Notes: generated by a model from the sequence alone, not told the origin. A stretch of 43,940 nt of DNA from Alphaproteobacteria bacterium (GCA_021776275.1 JAJFGH010000048.1:1-43940); one strand, 5' to 3'; positions 20,101 to 28,833 are shown, counted from the stretch's first letter. Numbers and translations: made by a program.

Positions 20101-21693
20101 CAGGCCCCGATATTTCTCGGAAAGCACCGCCAGCGGCGTGTCGTCGCCCATCGAGCCGGTGGCTTCCTTCGCGTCCTCGGCCATGGGGTGCAGCAAAAGC
20201 TCGATTTCCTCCAGGGTGAAGCCGAAGGCCCGCTGCCGTGCGCGCAATGCCTCGGGGGAATAGGCGCTTTTTTCCTTGCGCGGTCCTTTGCTTGGGCCTT
20301 CCAGCCGGGTAACGTTTTTGAGCCATTTGCCGTAAGGATGCTCCGCCGCCAGCATGTCGCGAAGTTCCTGGTCGTGGTAGAAGCGCCCCTCGTCCAGATT
20401 GATGCCGATGGTTTGGCCGGGGCCGACGCGCCCTTTTTCCACAATTTCGGATTCGTCCGTCCAAACCATGCCCGCCTCGGATCCGACAATCAGCAGGCCG
20501 TCGCCGGTAAGGGTGTAGCGCAGCGGCCGCAGTCCGTTTCGGTCCATGCCGGCGATGACCCACCGCCCGTCCGTCGCGGTAACGGCCGCGGGCCCGTCCC
20601 ATGGTTCGCAGACGCAGTTGCAGTAATGGAAAAGCTCCTGATGTTTTTTCGGCATGATCGTTTTGTTCGACCAGGAGTCCGGAATCATGACCGCCTTTGC
20701 AAACGGTGCCGGGCGTCCGGCCCGCGCCAACAATTCGAAGGTGGCGTCCAGCGCCGCTGAATCCGAGCTTCCCGGCGGGATCACGGGCTTTACGTCTTCG
20801 ATGTATTTTCCGAAACGTTCCGATTCCATGCGCGCTTCGTGGCTGCGCAGCCAGTTGACGTTTCCACGCAGCGTATTGATTTCGCCATTGTGGGCGAGCA
20901 TGCGAAAGGGCTGTGCCAGCGGCCAGGTGGGGAACGTGTTCGTCGAATAGCGCTGATGGTAAATCGCGAAGCGCGAAACAAAACGTTCGTCCAGCAAGTC
21001 CGGATAGAAATTCGTCAGCTGCTCGGCAAGGAACATGCCCTTGTAAATAATCGAACGGCAGGAAAGCGAGCAGAAATAGAAATCGTTGATATGTTCCTCT
21101 TCCAGCACGCGCTTCTCGATCTTGCGGCGAATGATATAGAGGTCGAGCTCGAACTGATCGTCATCGACGCCGCGGGAATTGGCGATCATGATCTGCTCGA
21201 TCTCGGGGCGCGTTGCGTTCGCCTTCTCGCCGATGACGGAGGCGTCGATCGGCACCTGCCGCCAGCCATAGATGCGATAGCCGAAGGCTAGAATTTCGCT
21301 CTCGACGACGGCCCGGCAGACTTCCTGCGCGCTTAGGCTGGTCTTGGGCAGGAAGACCATGCCGACGGCGAGGCGTCCTTTTTCCGGCCGGTGACCGGTG
21401 CGCGCAATGTGTTCCTTGAAAAATTCCTGGGAGATTTCGACGTGGATTCCGGCGCCGTCCCCCGTCTTGCCGTCGGCATCGACGGCGCCGCGGTGCCACA
21501 CCGCCTTCAGCGCGTTGATTCCCGCCTCGACGACGCTGCGCCGCGGCCGGCCATCGATGGCGGCAACCATGCCGACACCGCAGGCGGCGTGCTCTTGATC
21601 GGCACGATAGAGGCCATCGGCTTCGAGCCGGGCCGCGTTGGCCCGCCACGCCTCGACGAAGCGTTCCCCCGGATTCGCTATTCTAGCGTTCAA
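17146..21693 (-). CDS. gltB: glutamate synthase (NADPH) large subunit
   Basis: Ntn-amidotransferase Cys (..EHAACGVGMVA), FMN, 3Fe-4S and C-terminal beta-helix regions across about 1515 aa. TTG at 21693 has GGGAG 6 nt upstream and gives a propeptide of about 37 aa before the catalytic Cys. GTG at 21711 and 21732 are alternatives. Confidence 0.92.
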   Translation of the reverse strand: MNARIANPGERFVEAWRANAARLEADGLYRADQEHAACGVGMVAAIDGRPRRSVVEAGINALKAVWHRGAVDADGKTGDGAGIHVEISQEFFKEHIARTGHRPEKGRLAVGMVFLPKTSLSAQEVCRAVVESEILAFGYRIYGWRQVPIDASVIGEKANATRPEIEQIMIANSRGVDDDQFELDLYIIRRKIEKRVLEEEHINDFYFCSLSCRSIIYKGMFLAEQLTNFYPDLLDERFVSRFAIYHQRYSTNTFPTWPLAQPFRMLAHNGEINTLRGNVNWLRSHEARMESERFGKYIEDVKPVIPPGSSDSAALDATFELLARAGRPAPFAKAVMIPDSWSNKTIMPKKHQELFHYCNCVCEPWDGPAAVTATDGRWVIAGMDRNGLRPLRYTLTGDGLLIVGSEAGMVWTDESEIVEKGRVGPGQTIGINLDEGRFYHDQELRDMLAAEHPYGKWLKNVTRLEGPSKGPRKEKSAYSPEALRARQRAFGFTLEEIELLLHPMAEDAKEATGSMGDDTPLAVLSEKYRGLHHYFRQRFSQVTNPPIDSLRERRVMGLKTRLGNLGNLLDTSEEQTRHLELLSPVLSNAEFEAMRSHMGKEAAEIDCTFPVDGGENALQDALARIRLETEDAVRGGIVHVILTDKHMGLERAALPMILATGAVHTHLVDQQLRSFTSLSVQSGECLDVHYFAVLIGVGATTVNAYLALETLADRHRRGLFPGVTLDECAQRYTKAVGDGLLKVMSKMGISVIASYRGGYNFETVGLSRALVAEFFPGMTSRISGIGLSGIQSKALSLHAAAFEEETAALPIGGFYNVRKGGEVHAVDGNLIHVLQTAVATDSYSTYKKYSEGLRHQPPIQLRDLLDFKPTSQPIPVEEVESITDIRKRFGTGSMSHGALSREAHETLAIAMNRIGGASCSGEGGEDLARARALPNGDNANSVIKQIASARFGVTAEYLNNCDEIEIKIAQGAKPGEGGQLPGFKVTEEIALLRHSTPGVTLISPPPHHDIYSIEDLAQLIYDLKQINPHARVCVKLVAEDGIGTIAAGVAKAKADVILISGHSGGTGASPQSSIKYAGVPWEMGLSEVNQVLTLNRLRHRVRLRTDGGLRTGRDVVIAAMMGAEEFGVGTTSLVAMGCIMVRQCHSNTCPVGICTQDERLRNKFEGTPEKIVNLFSFIAEEVREILASLGMRSLEEVVGRTDLLAQVSRGSAHLDDLDLNPLLTQPDAGEFPRHCALEGRNEVPDTLDARMVKDAHAALEKSGKVQLAYNIRNTQRAIGTRLSSMITRRYGMAGLAENHITVRLRGTAGQSLGAFAVKGLKLEVFGDANDYVGKGLSGGTLVVRPLTASPLVTNENTIIGNTVLYGATAGQLFAAGQAGERFAVRNSGAEAVIEGCGSNGCEYMTGGTVVILGPVGDNFAAGMTGGMAFVFDEAATLPHYINDEMVVYQRVQTTHWEGVLKRLIAEHLLQTQSHFAQRLLNDWEQVAPHFWQIVPKEMLSRLAHPLTLEEKKARA

Positions 21694-21728
21694 GCCCTTC
21701 TCCCGTTTCACGCGCTTTTCCCTATCCG

Positions 21729-23186
21729 TCACGAGGCTGCGGCCAGCTTCCTGTCTGGCCAGCTTTCCCCGGCTTCCTTTGCCCGGAGATAGGCGTCGAT
21801 GTTTTCGGCGCCGTCGCGCCCGTCGCGAATGCCCCAAACGACAAGCGATGCGCCGCGGGCGATGTCGCCGCCGGCAAAAACGCCATCAAGGTTGGTCATC
21901 ATCGTGCGGAAATCGATTTTGATCGTCCCCCAGCGGCTGACTTCCAATTCCGGCGTATCGAAAAGAGTGGGGATTTCTTCCGGGTCAAACCCGAGAGCTT
22001 TGATCACGATGTCCGCGTCCATGGAAAAATTTGAATCGGAAATGGGCTGCGGCGTTTGCCGTCCGGTCGCGTCCGCATCGCCAAGATGCATGCGAATGGC
22101 GCGGACGCTGGAAACGGCGTCGCCGCCTAGGAAGGCTTCGGGCGCCGAAAGCCAGATGAATTCGACGCCCTCTTCTTCGGCGTGGCGCACTTCGCGCTCG
22201 GAGCCGGGCATGTTCTTGCGGTCGCGGCGATAGAGGCACTTAACGGATTTCGCGCCCTGGCGAGCGGCTGTACGCACGCAGTCCATCGCCGTATCCCCGC
22301 CGCCGACGACGACGACGTTTTTGTCTTTCGCGTTTAGGGTGCCGTTGTCGAAAAGCGGCACGTCGTCGCCAAGCCCCTTGCGGTTGCTGGCGATCAAATA
22401 GTCGAGGGCCTGATGGACGCCGTCGAGGCCGGCGCCGGGGAGCGAGATGTCGCGCGCTTTATAGACGCCGGTTGCGATGAAGATCGCGTCATGGCGTTTT
22501 TGCAGATCGGGCAGGCTTGCATCGCGGCCGACTTCGAAATTGCAATGGAAGGTGATCTTTCCTTCGGTGAGCAAATCGACGCGCCGGGCGACGATCCATT
22601 TGTCCAGTTTGAAATTCGGAATGCCATAGACGAGCAGGCCGCCGATACGGTCGTAGCGGTCATAGACGTGCACCTGATAGCCCTTGCGGCGCAATTGTTC
22701 GGCAGCGGCTAGGCCCGCCGGCCCGCCGCCGATGATGCCGACGGACTGGTCGCGTTCCTGCCTTGGCACCGGCGGTTTGACGAGGCCCATCTCGAAGGCC
22801 GTGTCGGTGATGTATTTTTCGACCGAGCCGATGGTGACGGAGTCGAACCCCTTCTCGATGACGCAATTGCCCTCGCACAGGCGGTCCTGGGGGCAGATGC
22901 GGCCGCAAATTTCCGGCAAATTGTTGGTCGCCGAGGAAAGCGCATAGGCCTCTTCGAGGCGGCCCTCGGCGGTCAGCTTCAGCCAATCCGGAATGTTGTT
23001 CGAAACCGGGCAATGGATCTGGCAGAACGGGATGCCGCATTGGGAACAGCGCCCCGCCTGTTCGGCGGCCATGTCCGGCGCGTAAGCGCCGTAAATTTCA
23101 TCGAAATCCTGGCGGCGGCTCTCGGCGTCCCGCTTGGCCGGCGTGCGCTGGGCCGTTTCGATAAATTTCAGCATGCGTTTCGCCAT
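21729..23186 (-). CDS. gltD: glutamate synthase (NADPH) small subunit
   Basis: N-terminal Cys clusters (CSQCGIPFCQIHCPVSNNIP, CPQDRLCEGNC) and FAD/NADPH GxGxxG motifs (GIIGGGPAGLAAA, VVVGGGDTAMD). Confidence 0.93.
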   Translation of the reverse strand: MAKRMLKFIETAQRTPAKRDAESRRQDFDEIYGAYAPDMAAEQAGRCSQCGIPFCQIHCPVSNNIPDWLKLTAEGRLEEAYALSSATNNLPEICGRICPQDRLCEGNCVIEKGFDSVTIGSVEKYITDTAFEMGLVKPPVPRQERDQSVGIIGGGPAGLAAAEQLRRKGYQVHVYDRYDRIGGLLVYGIPNFKLDKWIVARRVDLLTEGKITFHCNFEVGRDASLPDLQKRHDAIFIATGVYKARDISLPGAGLDGVHQALDYLIASNRKGLGDDVPLFDNGTLNAKDKNVVVVGGGDTAMDCVRTAARQGAKSVKCLYRRDRKNMPGSEREVRHAEEEGVEFIWLSAPEAFLGGDAVSSVRAIRMHLGDADATGRQTPQPISDSNFSMDADIVIKALGFDPEEIPTLFDTPELEVSRWGTIKIDFRTMMTNLDGVFAGGDIARGASLVVWGIRDGRDGAENIDAYLRAKEAGESWPDRKLAAAS

Positions 23187-23230
23187 CCGGCGCCGTCTCC
23201 TACCCGCGGTGAGCCTTGTTCCTTATGGAT

Positions 23231-23251
23231 TGGCCATTGGCTCAATGGCCA
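23231..23251. promoter_or_regulatory. Perfect 21-bp palindrome TGGCCATTG-GCT-CAATGGCCA upstream of gltD
   Basis: 9-bp arms with a 3-nt spacer, 45-65 nt upstream of the gltD ATG. It lies between a TTGACA hexamer and the AGGAGA SD on the minus strand. Confidence 0.35.
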
Positions 23252-23458
23252 GGCGTTTGGAACGAAGGGCGCGGATTATGTCAACATCATTTACCTACTG
23301 CAAGAAAATTCCCCGAATAATACATAAAATAACTGCGAATTGCACAGTCTATTGGAGTATTTAGTTCCGATATGGTACTATTTTCCCTATCCCATGGAAA
23401 TAATGGAAAAAATGCCGAAAGATACATTTTCGCGTATCCTGGAATAACGGGCGGGCCC

Positions 23459-24322
23459 ATGATGGAATGGCCATGGAATAGCGCCGCAGAGGAGATTGCT
23501 GCCTTGATTTTGTTTCATTTGGTCCTGTTGGCGCTGGTTCAGGGGGTCACTGAATTCCTTCCCATCAGCTCCCAGGCCCATCTAATCCTGACGTCCAAGG
23601 GCTTGGGTTGGCAGGATCAGGGGATTTTGATCGACGTTGCCCTGCATGTCGGCACCCTGGCTGCTGTGCTGCTGTATTTCTGGCGGGACGTCTGGCGCAT
23701 GGGGCGCGGGCTGGCCCAGGCGCTCGGCGGCAATGTGGACACCGGCGCCCGCCTCGGCCTGCAGGTGATTCTGGCGACGCTGCCGCTGCTGGCAGCGGGC
23801 TATTTTCTGATCGATTGGGTGGTCCATTTCCGCGACCCGCTGGTCATCGGCTGGGCGACGCTGCTTTTCGGTGTGCTGCTTTACGCCGGCGACCGTTTCG
23901 GGCTTCGGGTTCGCCGGGTCGAACATATGAATTTTTCCAGCGCCCTGTGGATCGGCCTTGCCCAAATCTTCGCGCTCGTGCCCGGCACCAGCCGTTCCGG
24001 CGTGACGATGACGGCGGCGCGCATGCTTGGCTTTGAACGGGAAGACGCGGCGCGCTTTTCGTTGCTGCTTTCCATTCCGGCGATCCTCGCCGCCGGCACG
24101 TTGGAAAGCGTGCGCCTGTATGAAATGGAAAACGTGCAACTCACCCAGGACGCGGCCCTTGCCGCCGGCCTCGCCTTTCTTTCGGCCCTTGCCGCCATCG
24201 CTTTGATGATGAAGTGGCTAAGGCATGCGAGCTTCACGCCCTTCGTTCTTTACCGGGTCGTGTTGGGGGCGGGCCTGCTGGCCTTCGTCTATTGGGGAAT
24301 TTTGCCGAGCGCGTTGTCTTAG
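23459..24322 (+). CDS. uppP: undecaprenyl-diphosphate phosphatase
   Basis: VQGVTEFLPISSQAHL and ...PGTSRSGVTMTAA are BacA/UppP motifs in a polytopic membrane protein. The AT-rich 5' extension in the ORF track was rejected in favour of the ATG at 23459. Confidence 0.87.
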   Translation: MMEWPWNSAAEEIAALILFHLVLLALVQGVTEFLPISSQAHLILTSKGLGWQDQGILIDVALHVGTLAAVLLYFWRDVWRMGRGLAQALGGNVDTGARLGLQVILATLPLLAAGYFLIDWVVHFRDPLVIGWATLLFGVLLYAGDRFGLRVRRVEHMNFSSALWIGLAQIFALVPGTSRSGVTMTAARMLGFEREDAARFSLLLSIPAILAAGTLESVRLYEMENVQLTQDAALAAGLAFLSALAAIALMMKWLRHASFTPFVLYRVVLGAGLLAFVYWGILPSALS

Positions 24323-24331
24323 GCGCTTGCC

Positions 24332-25270
24332 TCAGGCCGGCATCGGCTTGCGGCCGCCGCGGCGGAAACGGGCCAGGTAATTCGGCAGCACAAGTTCAAG
24401 CGGCGTTGGCGCAATGCCAAGCTCCGCAAATCCTTTTGTCTTTCCGCTAACGACGTTGTCGCGTTCCAGCAAGCGGATTTGATCGCGCGTAAGGGGCGGC
24501 CGCGGTAGAAATTCGAGAAAAAACGCTTCCGCCCGCGCGGCCCAGAAAGGAACCGGCAGCAACAGGCGTTTCCGCCCGATGGCTTCCAGCATCCGTTCCA
24601 TCAGCGTGCGGAACGTATAGATCTCCGGTCCGCCAAGGTCGAACGTCTCGCCCCCATGGCCATCGAGGGTGCGCAGCACCGCCTCGGCGACGTCGCAGGC
24701 ATAGACCGGTTGCAGCCGCGTCTTGCCGCCGCCGATCAGCGGAAGAAAAGGGACAAAGGGCGCAAGGGCCGCGAAGCGATTAAAAAACTGGTCCTCCGGT
24801 CCGAAAACGACGCTCGGCCGCAAAAGCACGGCGTCCGCAAAGACGGCGCGCACCGCCGCTTCGCCCTCCGCCTTCGTCTGGGCGTAACGGGACGCCGCCT
24901 TTGGATCGGCGGCGAGGGAAGAAACGTGGATGAGGGTCGAAACCTTCGCGTCCTTGGCCGCCGCGGCGATCCGTTCGGCCGCTTCGACATGGATGGCGCG
25001 GAAGGTCTGCCGCCCGCGTTCGAACAGGATGCCGACGAGATTAACGACGGCGTCGGCGCCTTCGACGGCGCGGGCCACCGACCCGGAATCGCGCACATTT
25101 GCCTGCACGGCGACGATTTGGCCGACATTGCCGAGGGGCGTCAAAAACGCGGCGGCCTCCGGGTCGCGAACGGCAACGCGCACGCGCGCGCCGCCTGCCG
25201 CCAGCCGTTTGACGACGTACCGGCCGAGAAAGCCGGATCCTCCGAATACCGTTATCAGGCGATCTGCCAT
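24332..25270 (-). CDS. NAD(P)H-binding SDR, complex I NDUFA9-like family
   Basis: ITVFGGSGFLGRYVV Rossmann motif and a Y-xxx-K (YAQTKAEGE). The overall layout matches the alphaproteobacterial NDUFA9/39-kDa-like proteins. Confidence 0.75.
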   Translation of the reverse strand: MADRLITVFGGSGFLGRYVVKRLAAGGARVRVAVRDPEAAAFLTPLGNVGQIVAVQANVRDSGSVARAVEGADAVVNLVGILFERGRQTFRAIHVEAAERIAAAAKDAKVSTLIHVSSLAADPKAASRYAQTKAEGEAAVRAVFADAVLLRPSVVFGPEDQFFNRFAALAPFVPFLPLIGGGKTRLQPVYACDVAEAVLRTLDGHGGETFDLGGPEIYTFRTLMERMLEAIGRKRLLLPVPFWAARAEAFFLEFLPRPPLTRDQIRLLERDNVVSGKTKGFAELGIAPTPLELVLPNYLARFRRGGRKPMPA

Positions 25271-25387
25271 AAGTCCGTCTTGCTGTTTGCGAAAACCGCA
25301 TTGGGCGGTTCTTGCCTAGGCGTTTCTTTTCGGCTACGTACCTAGTATATATGAACACCCGAGGCAACGGCAGCAAGTGCCAGCGCT

Positions 25388-25474
25388 GCCCAGGTGGCGG
25401 AATTGGTAGACGCGCTAGCTTCAGGTGCTAGTGGCCGCAAGGTCGTGGAAGTTCGAGTCTTCTCCTGGGCACCA
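25388..25474 (+). tRNA. tRNA-Leu (anticodon CAG)
   Basis: Manual cloverleaf: acceptor GCCCAGG/CCTGGGC, anticodon stem CTAGC/GCTAG with loop TTCAGGT, a 15-nt variable arm, T loop TTCGAGT and an encoded CCA. Length 87 nt. Confidence 0.92.
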
Positions 25475-25576
25475 TTTTTCAAACGGAACGCCGGATCCTG
25501 TGCCCCCCGTGTCTTCCCGTCTCCGCGTCGCGGCCGGGGAAAAGGAGCCAGGAAATGACGGCCAGGAAACGCTGAA

Positions 25577-26188
25577 ATGAGCATCGAACTGCACAAGGGT
25601 GATTTGCCCGACGGCCTCGACCTTGGCGATTGCATCGCCATCGATACGGAAACCCTTGGGCTCAATCCGAACCGGGACCGGCTTTGCCTCGTGCAGCTTT
25701 CCGCCGGGGATGGCAATGCGCATCTCGTACAATTCGAAAAAGATAACTTCGATGCGCCAAACTTAAAACGAATCCTTACCGATAAAAACGTAACGAAGAT
25801 TTTTCACTTCGGGCGATTCGATGTCGCCATGCTTTTTCGTTACCTCGGTGTGCGGACCGAACCGGTTTTTTGCACGAAGATTGCCTCCCGTCTTGCGCGC
25901 ACCTATACGGACCGGCACGGCCTGAAAGACATTTGCCGCGAGCTTCTGAGCGTCGATTTGTCGAAGCAGCAGCAATCTTCCGATTGGGGTGCGAAAGAGC
26001 TGACCCAGGCGCAGCGGGAATACGCGGCGTCCGACGTGCTCTATCTGCACCAGCTCCGTGAAAAGCTCGCCGAGATGCTTACCCGGGAAGGCCGGCTGGA
26101 GGTTGCCGAGGCCTGTTTCGAGTTTCTCCCCCATCGGGCATCGCTGGACCTGATCGGCTGGGCGGATGAGGACATCTTCCGCCACTAA
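25577..26188 (+). CDS. rnd: 3'-5' exonuclease, short RNase D-like protein
   Basis: DEDD motifs (IAIDTETLGL, HFGRFDVAML, YAASDVLYL), 203 aa. Confidence 0.8.
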   Translation: MSIELHKGDLPDGLDLGDCIAIDTETLGLNPNRDRLCLVQLSAGDGNAHLVQFEKDNFDAPNLKRILTDKNVTKIFHFGRFDVAMLFRYLGVRTEPVFCTKIASRLARTYTDRHGLKDICRELLSVDLSKQQQSSDWGAKELTQAQREYAASDVLYLHQLREKLAEMLTREGRLEVAEACFEFLPHRASLDLIGWADEDIFRH

Positions 26189-26274
26189 TCCCGCCCCAGG
26201 CTTCCCGCATAGCATTGATTTTTCACGTGTTCAGGCCCATACTCGCCCGAATTTCTAGACACCAGAGGAACGTC

Positions 26275-27252
26275 ATGACCGCTAGGACGAAGCCGGAGAG
26301 CCTCCCGGACGACCTCGCCGCCGCGCGCCGCGTCTTCGCGATGGAGGCGGAAGGCCTGACCAGCTATGCCGCCGCGCTTGGGCGCGAGTTTACCGACGCC
26401 CTGGACCATCTGGCCGCCGTGACCGGACGCGTCATCGTGACCGGCATCGGCAAAAGCGGCCATATCGCCCGTAAGATTGCGGCGACCCTGGCGTCAACGG
26501 GCACACCGGCCTTTTTTGTGCATCCGGCCGAGGCCAGCCATGGCGACCTTGGCATGATCACGCCAAAGGATGCCGTGCTGGCCCTTTCCAATTCCGGCGA
26601 AACCCACGAGCTTGCCGATCTGCTTGCCTATACGCGGCGTTTTTCCATCCCGCTTCTTGCCGTGACGGCGCAACCGAAAAGCTCGTTGGCCGAAATGGCG
26701 GACGTGACGCTCAACCTGCCGGCGGCGGCAGAGGCCTGCCCATTGGGGCTGGCGCCGACGACGTCGACGACGGTGATGCTGGCGCTGGGCGATGCCCTGG
26801 CGGTTGCCCTGCTCGAGCGGAAAGGTTTCACCGCCGATGCCTTTCAGGTGCTGCATCCCGGCGGGCAATTGGGGCGTAATTTGCTTCGGGTTTCCGATGT
26901 CATGCATCGCGGCGACAAGATTCCACTGGTCGACCGGAAGGCGCCGATGTCGGATGCCTTGCTGGTCATGACGATGCGCAGCTTCGGTTGCATCGGGGTA
27001 TTGCAAAACGACAACGAATTAATCGGCGTCATTACCGACGGGGATTTGCGCCGGCACATGGACGGCCTTCTTGAAAAGACGGCGGAAGACGTGATGACGC
27101 CGCGCCCAAAGACGATCCGGCCGAACGCGCTGGCGGCAGAGGCGCTTGGCTATATGAACGCGAGCAAGATCACCAGCCTTTTTGTGGTCGAGGATTCCCG
27201 GCCGGTGGGCATCCTCCATATCCACGATTGCTTACGCTCCGGCATTGCCTAA
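26275..27252 (+). CDS. kdsD: arabinose-5-phosphate isomerase (KpsF/GutQ family; SIS + tandem CBS)
   Basis: SIS motif VTGIGKSGHIARKIAATLASTGTPAFFVHP and two C-terminal CBS modules. AGAGGA SD lies 5 nt upstream of the ATG at 26275. Confidence 0.88.
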   Translation: MTARTKPESLPDDLAAARRVFAMEAEGLTSYAAALGREFTDALDHLAAVTGRVIVTGIGKSGHIARKIAATLASTGTPAFFVHPAEASHGDLGMITPKDAVLALSNSGETHELADLLAYTRRFSIPLLAVTAQPKSSLAEMADVTLNLPAAAEACPLGLAPTTSTTVMLALGDALAVALLERKGFTADAFQVLHPGGQLGRNLLRVSDVMHRGDKIPLVDRKAPMSDALLVMTMRSFGCIGVLQNDNELIGVITDGDLRRHMDGLLEKTAEDVMTPRPKTIRPNALAAEALGYMNASKITSLFVVEDSRPVGILHIHDCLRSGIA

Positions 27253-27325
27253 ACGCAAGAAGCCGCCCCCGGCCAAAGGCGCTTTGCCGTTTCTGGCCGC
27301 CCGCCTGGGCCTGAGGCATCCGGGT

Positions 27326-27988
27326 TTGAAGCGTTTGAGCCTGAAATGGCTGCCCCGTCTTCGCTATCCGCGGAAAGCAACCAGCGCCCGGCCCCACGCG
27401 CGGCGAAGCCGGTATGTCGGCGTCCTGAAACTGCTGTTGCCAGCCATGGCCGCCGTGCTGATTGCGTTGGTGGCGTTTTGGCCACAGCTTCGAGATCGCA
27501 CCGGCGAATTCCGGCTGCGCTTTGAGCCCATCGGCTCGCAAGATGCGGAGACCGTGCGCATGATCAATCCGCGTTTTCTTGGCGTCGACGATACCGATCG
27601 CCATTATACGATTACGGCTGGCCGGGCGACGCAGTTGGATGACGGGCGTATCAACCTTGAAAACCCGAAAGGGGACATGGCGCTTGAAGATGGATCCTGG
27701 GTCGTGCTTTCGGCAAACACCGGTATTTATCACAAGGCGCAGCAGCTGCTGGATTTGGCCGGCGGCGTCAATCTCTACCACGATGCCGGCTATGAATTTC
27801 ATACCGAGCAGGCCAGCGTCGATCTTCAAGAGGGAACGGCGGCCGGCGATACGCCGACGGTGGGCCAGGGGCCGCTTGGCCATATTCGCTCGGAGGGGTT
27901 TCGTATTTTCGATGGTGGCGAACGCGTCCATTTCACCGGCCGCGCCCGCCTGGTGCTTTACGACGAAGAGGGGGCCGCAGCGGAATGA
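27326..27988 (+). CDS. lptC: LPS export system protein LptC (start uncertain)
   Basis: Single N-terminal TM (VGVLKLLLPAMAAVLIALVAFWP) followed by a beta-jellyroll-like domain, positioned between kdsD and lptA. No ATG precedes the TM. TTG at 27326 is tentative; TTG at 27245, 27284 and 27335 are alternatives. Confidence 0.62.
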   Translation: MKRLSLKWLPRLRYPRKATSARPHARRSRYVGVLKLLLPAMAAVLIALVAFWPQLRDRTGEFRLRFEPIGSQDAETVRMINPRFLGVDDTDRHYTITAGRATQLDDGRINLENPKGDMALEDGSWVVLSANTGIYHKAQQLLDLAGGVNLYHDAGYEFHTEQASVDLQEGTAAGDTPTVGQGPLGHIRSEGFRIFDGGERVHFTGRARLVLYDEEGAAAE

Positions 27989-28833
27989 TGCGCCATCCAT
28001 TTTTTAAAAAAATAGGTCTGGTTGTTTTCTTCTTTCTGGCGCCGCTTGTTTCACCGGCGGCGGGCCAGGGATTGCATCTGGGCGGCGGCAAGGACGATGG
28101 CCCCATCGAGATTACGGCCAATGACGGCATCGAATGGTGGCAGTCGAAACAGCTTTACATCGCGCGCGGCAATGCGAAGGCCAATCGTGGCGAGGTGGAT
28201 CTTTTCGGCGACGAGCTCACGGCCCATTACCGAACGGATACGGCCGGCAGCCGAGAGATTTGGCGCCTGGACGCGCTTGGCAATGTGCGCATTGTCTCGC
28301 CGACCGAACAGGCCTATGGCGACAAGGGCGTCTATGACGTCGACAAGGGCATCTTCGTCCTTACCGGCAAAGTGCGGCTGGACACGCCCGAGGAAAAGGT
28401 GACGGCAAAAGACAGCCTGGAATATTGGGCAAACAAAAACATGGCCGTTGCCCGTGGCGATGCCCTCGCCATTCGCGCCGACCGCCGCCTGCGCGGGGAA
28501 GTGCTGGTCGCCCATTTCCATGCGCCCGATTCTCAAGGCAAGCGCAAGCTGCGGCGCATCGAGGCCTATACGAATGTTCACGTCTCGACGCCCACCGAGA
28601 TCGTTCGCGGTGACCGCGGCGTCTACGATGTCAAAAGCGGTATCGCGACGATTGTCGGATCGGTTAAGATTACGCGCGGCAATGACCAGATGAACGGCGA
28701 ATATGCCGAGGTGGACATGAACACCGGGGTAAGCCGCCTTCTCAGCGGTCCCAAGGGCAGCACGGGCCGGGTAAAAGCCCTGGTTCGACCGTCAAAAAGC
28801 AAGGAAACGGGCCAAACGCCGCCCAAACGTTAG
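27985..28833 (+). CDS. lptA: LPS transport periplasmic protein LptA (OstA-N family) with internal duplication
   Basis: Signal peptide MMRHPFFKKIGLVVFFFLAPLVSPAAG followed by two similar OstA-like modules. ATGA overlap with lptC. Confidence 0.8.
   Translation: MMRHPFFKKIGLVVFFFLAPLVSPAAGQGLHLGGGKDDGPIEITANDGIEWWQSKQLYIARGNAKANRGEVDLFGDELTAHYRTDTAGSREIWRLDALGNVRIVSPTEQAYGDKGVYDVDKGIFVLTGKVRLDTPEEKVTAKDSLEYWANKNMAVARGDALAIRADRRLRGEVLVAHFHAPDSQGKRKLRRIEAYTNVHVSTPTEIVRGDRGVYDVKSGIATIVGSVKITRGNDQMNGEYAEVDMNTGVSRLLSGPKGSTGRVKALVRPSKSKETGQTPPKR

Noticed and set aside
18481-20760. 429-aa and 327-aa plus-strand ORFs opposite gltB
   Set aside because: gltB is continuous and strongly conserved across this span. 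The antisense products show no family features.
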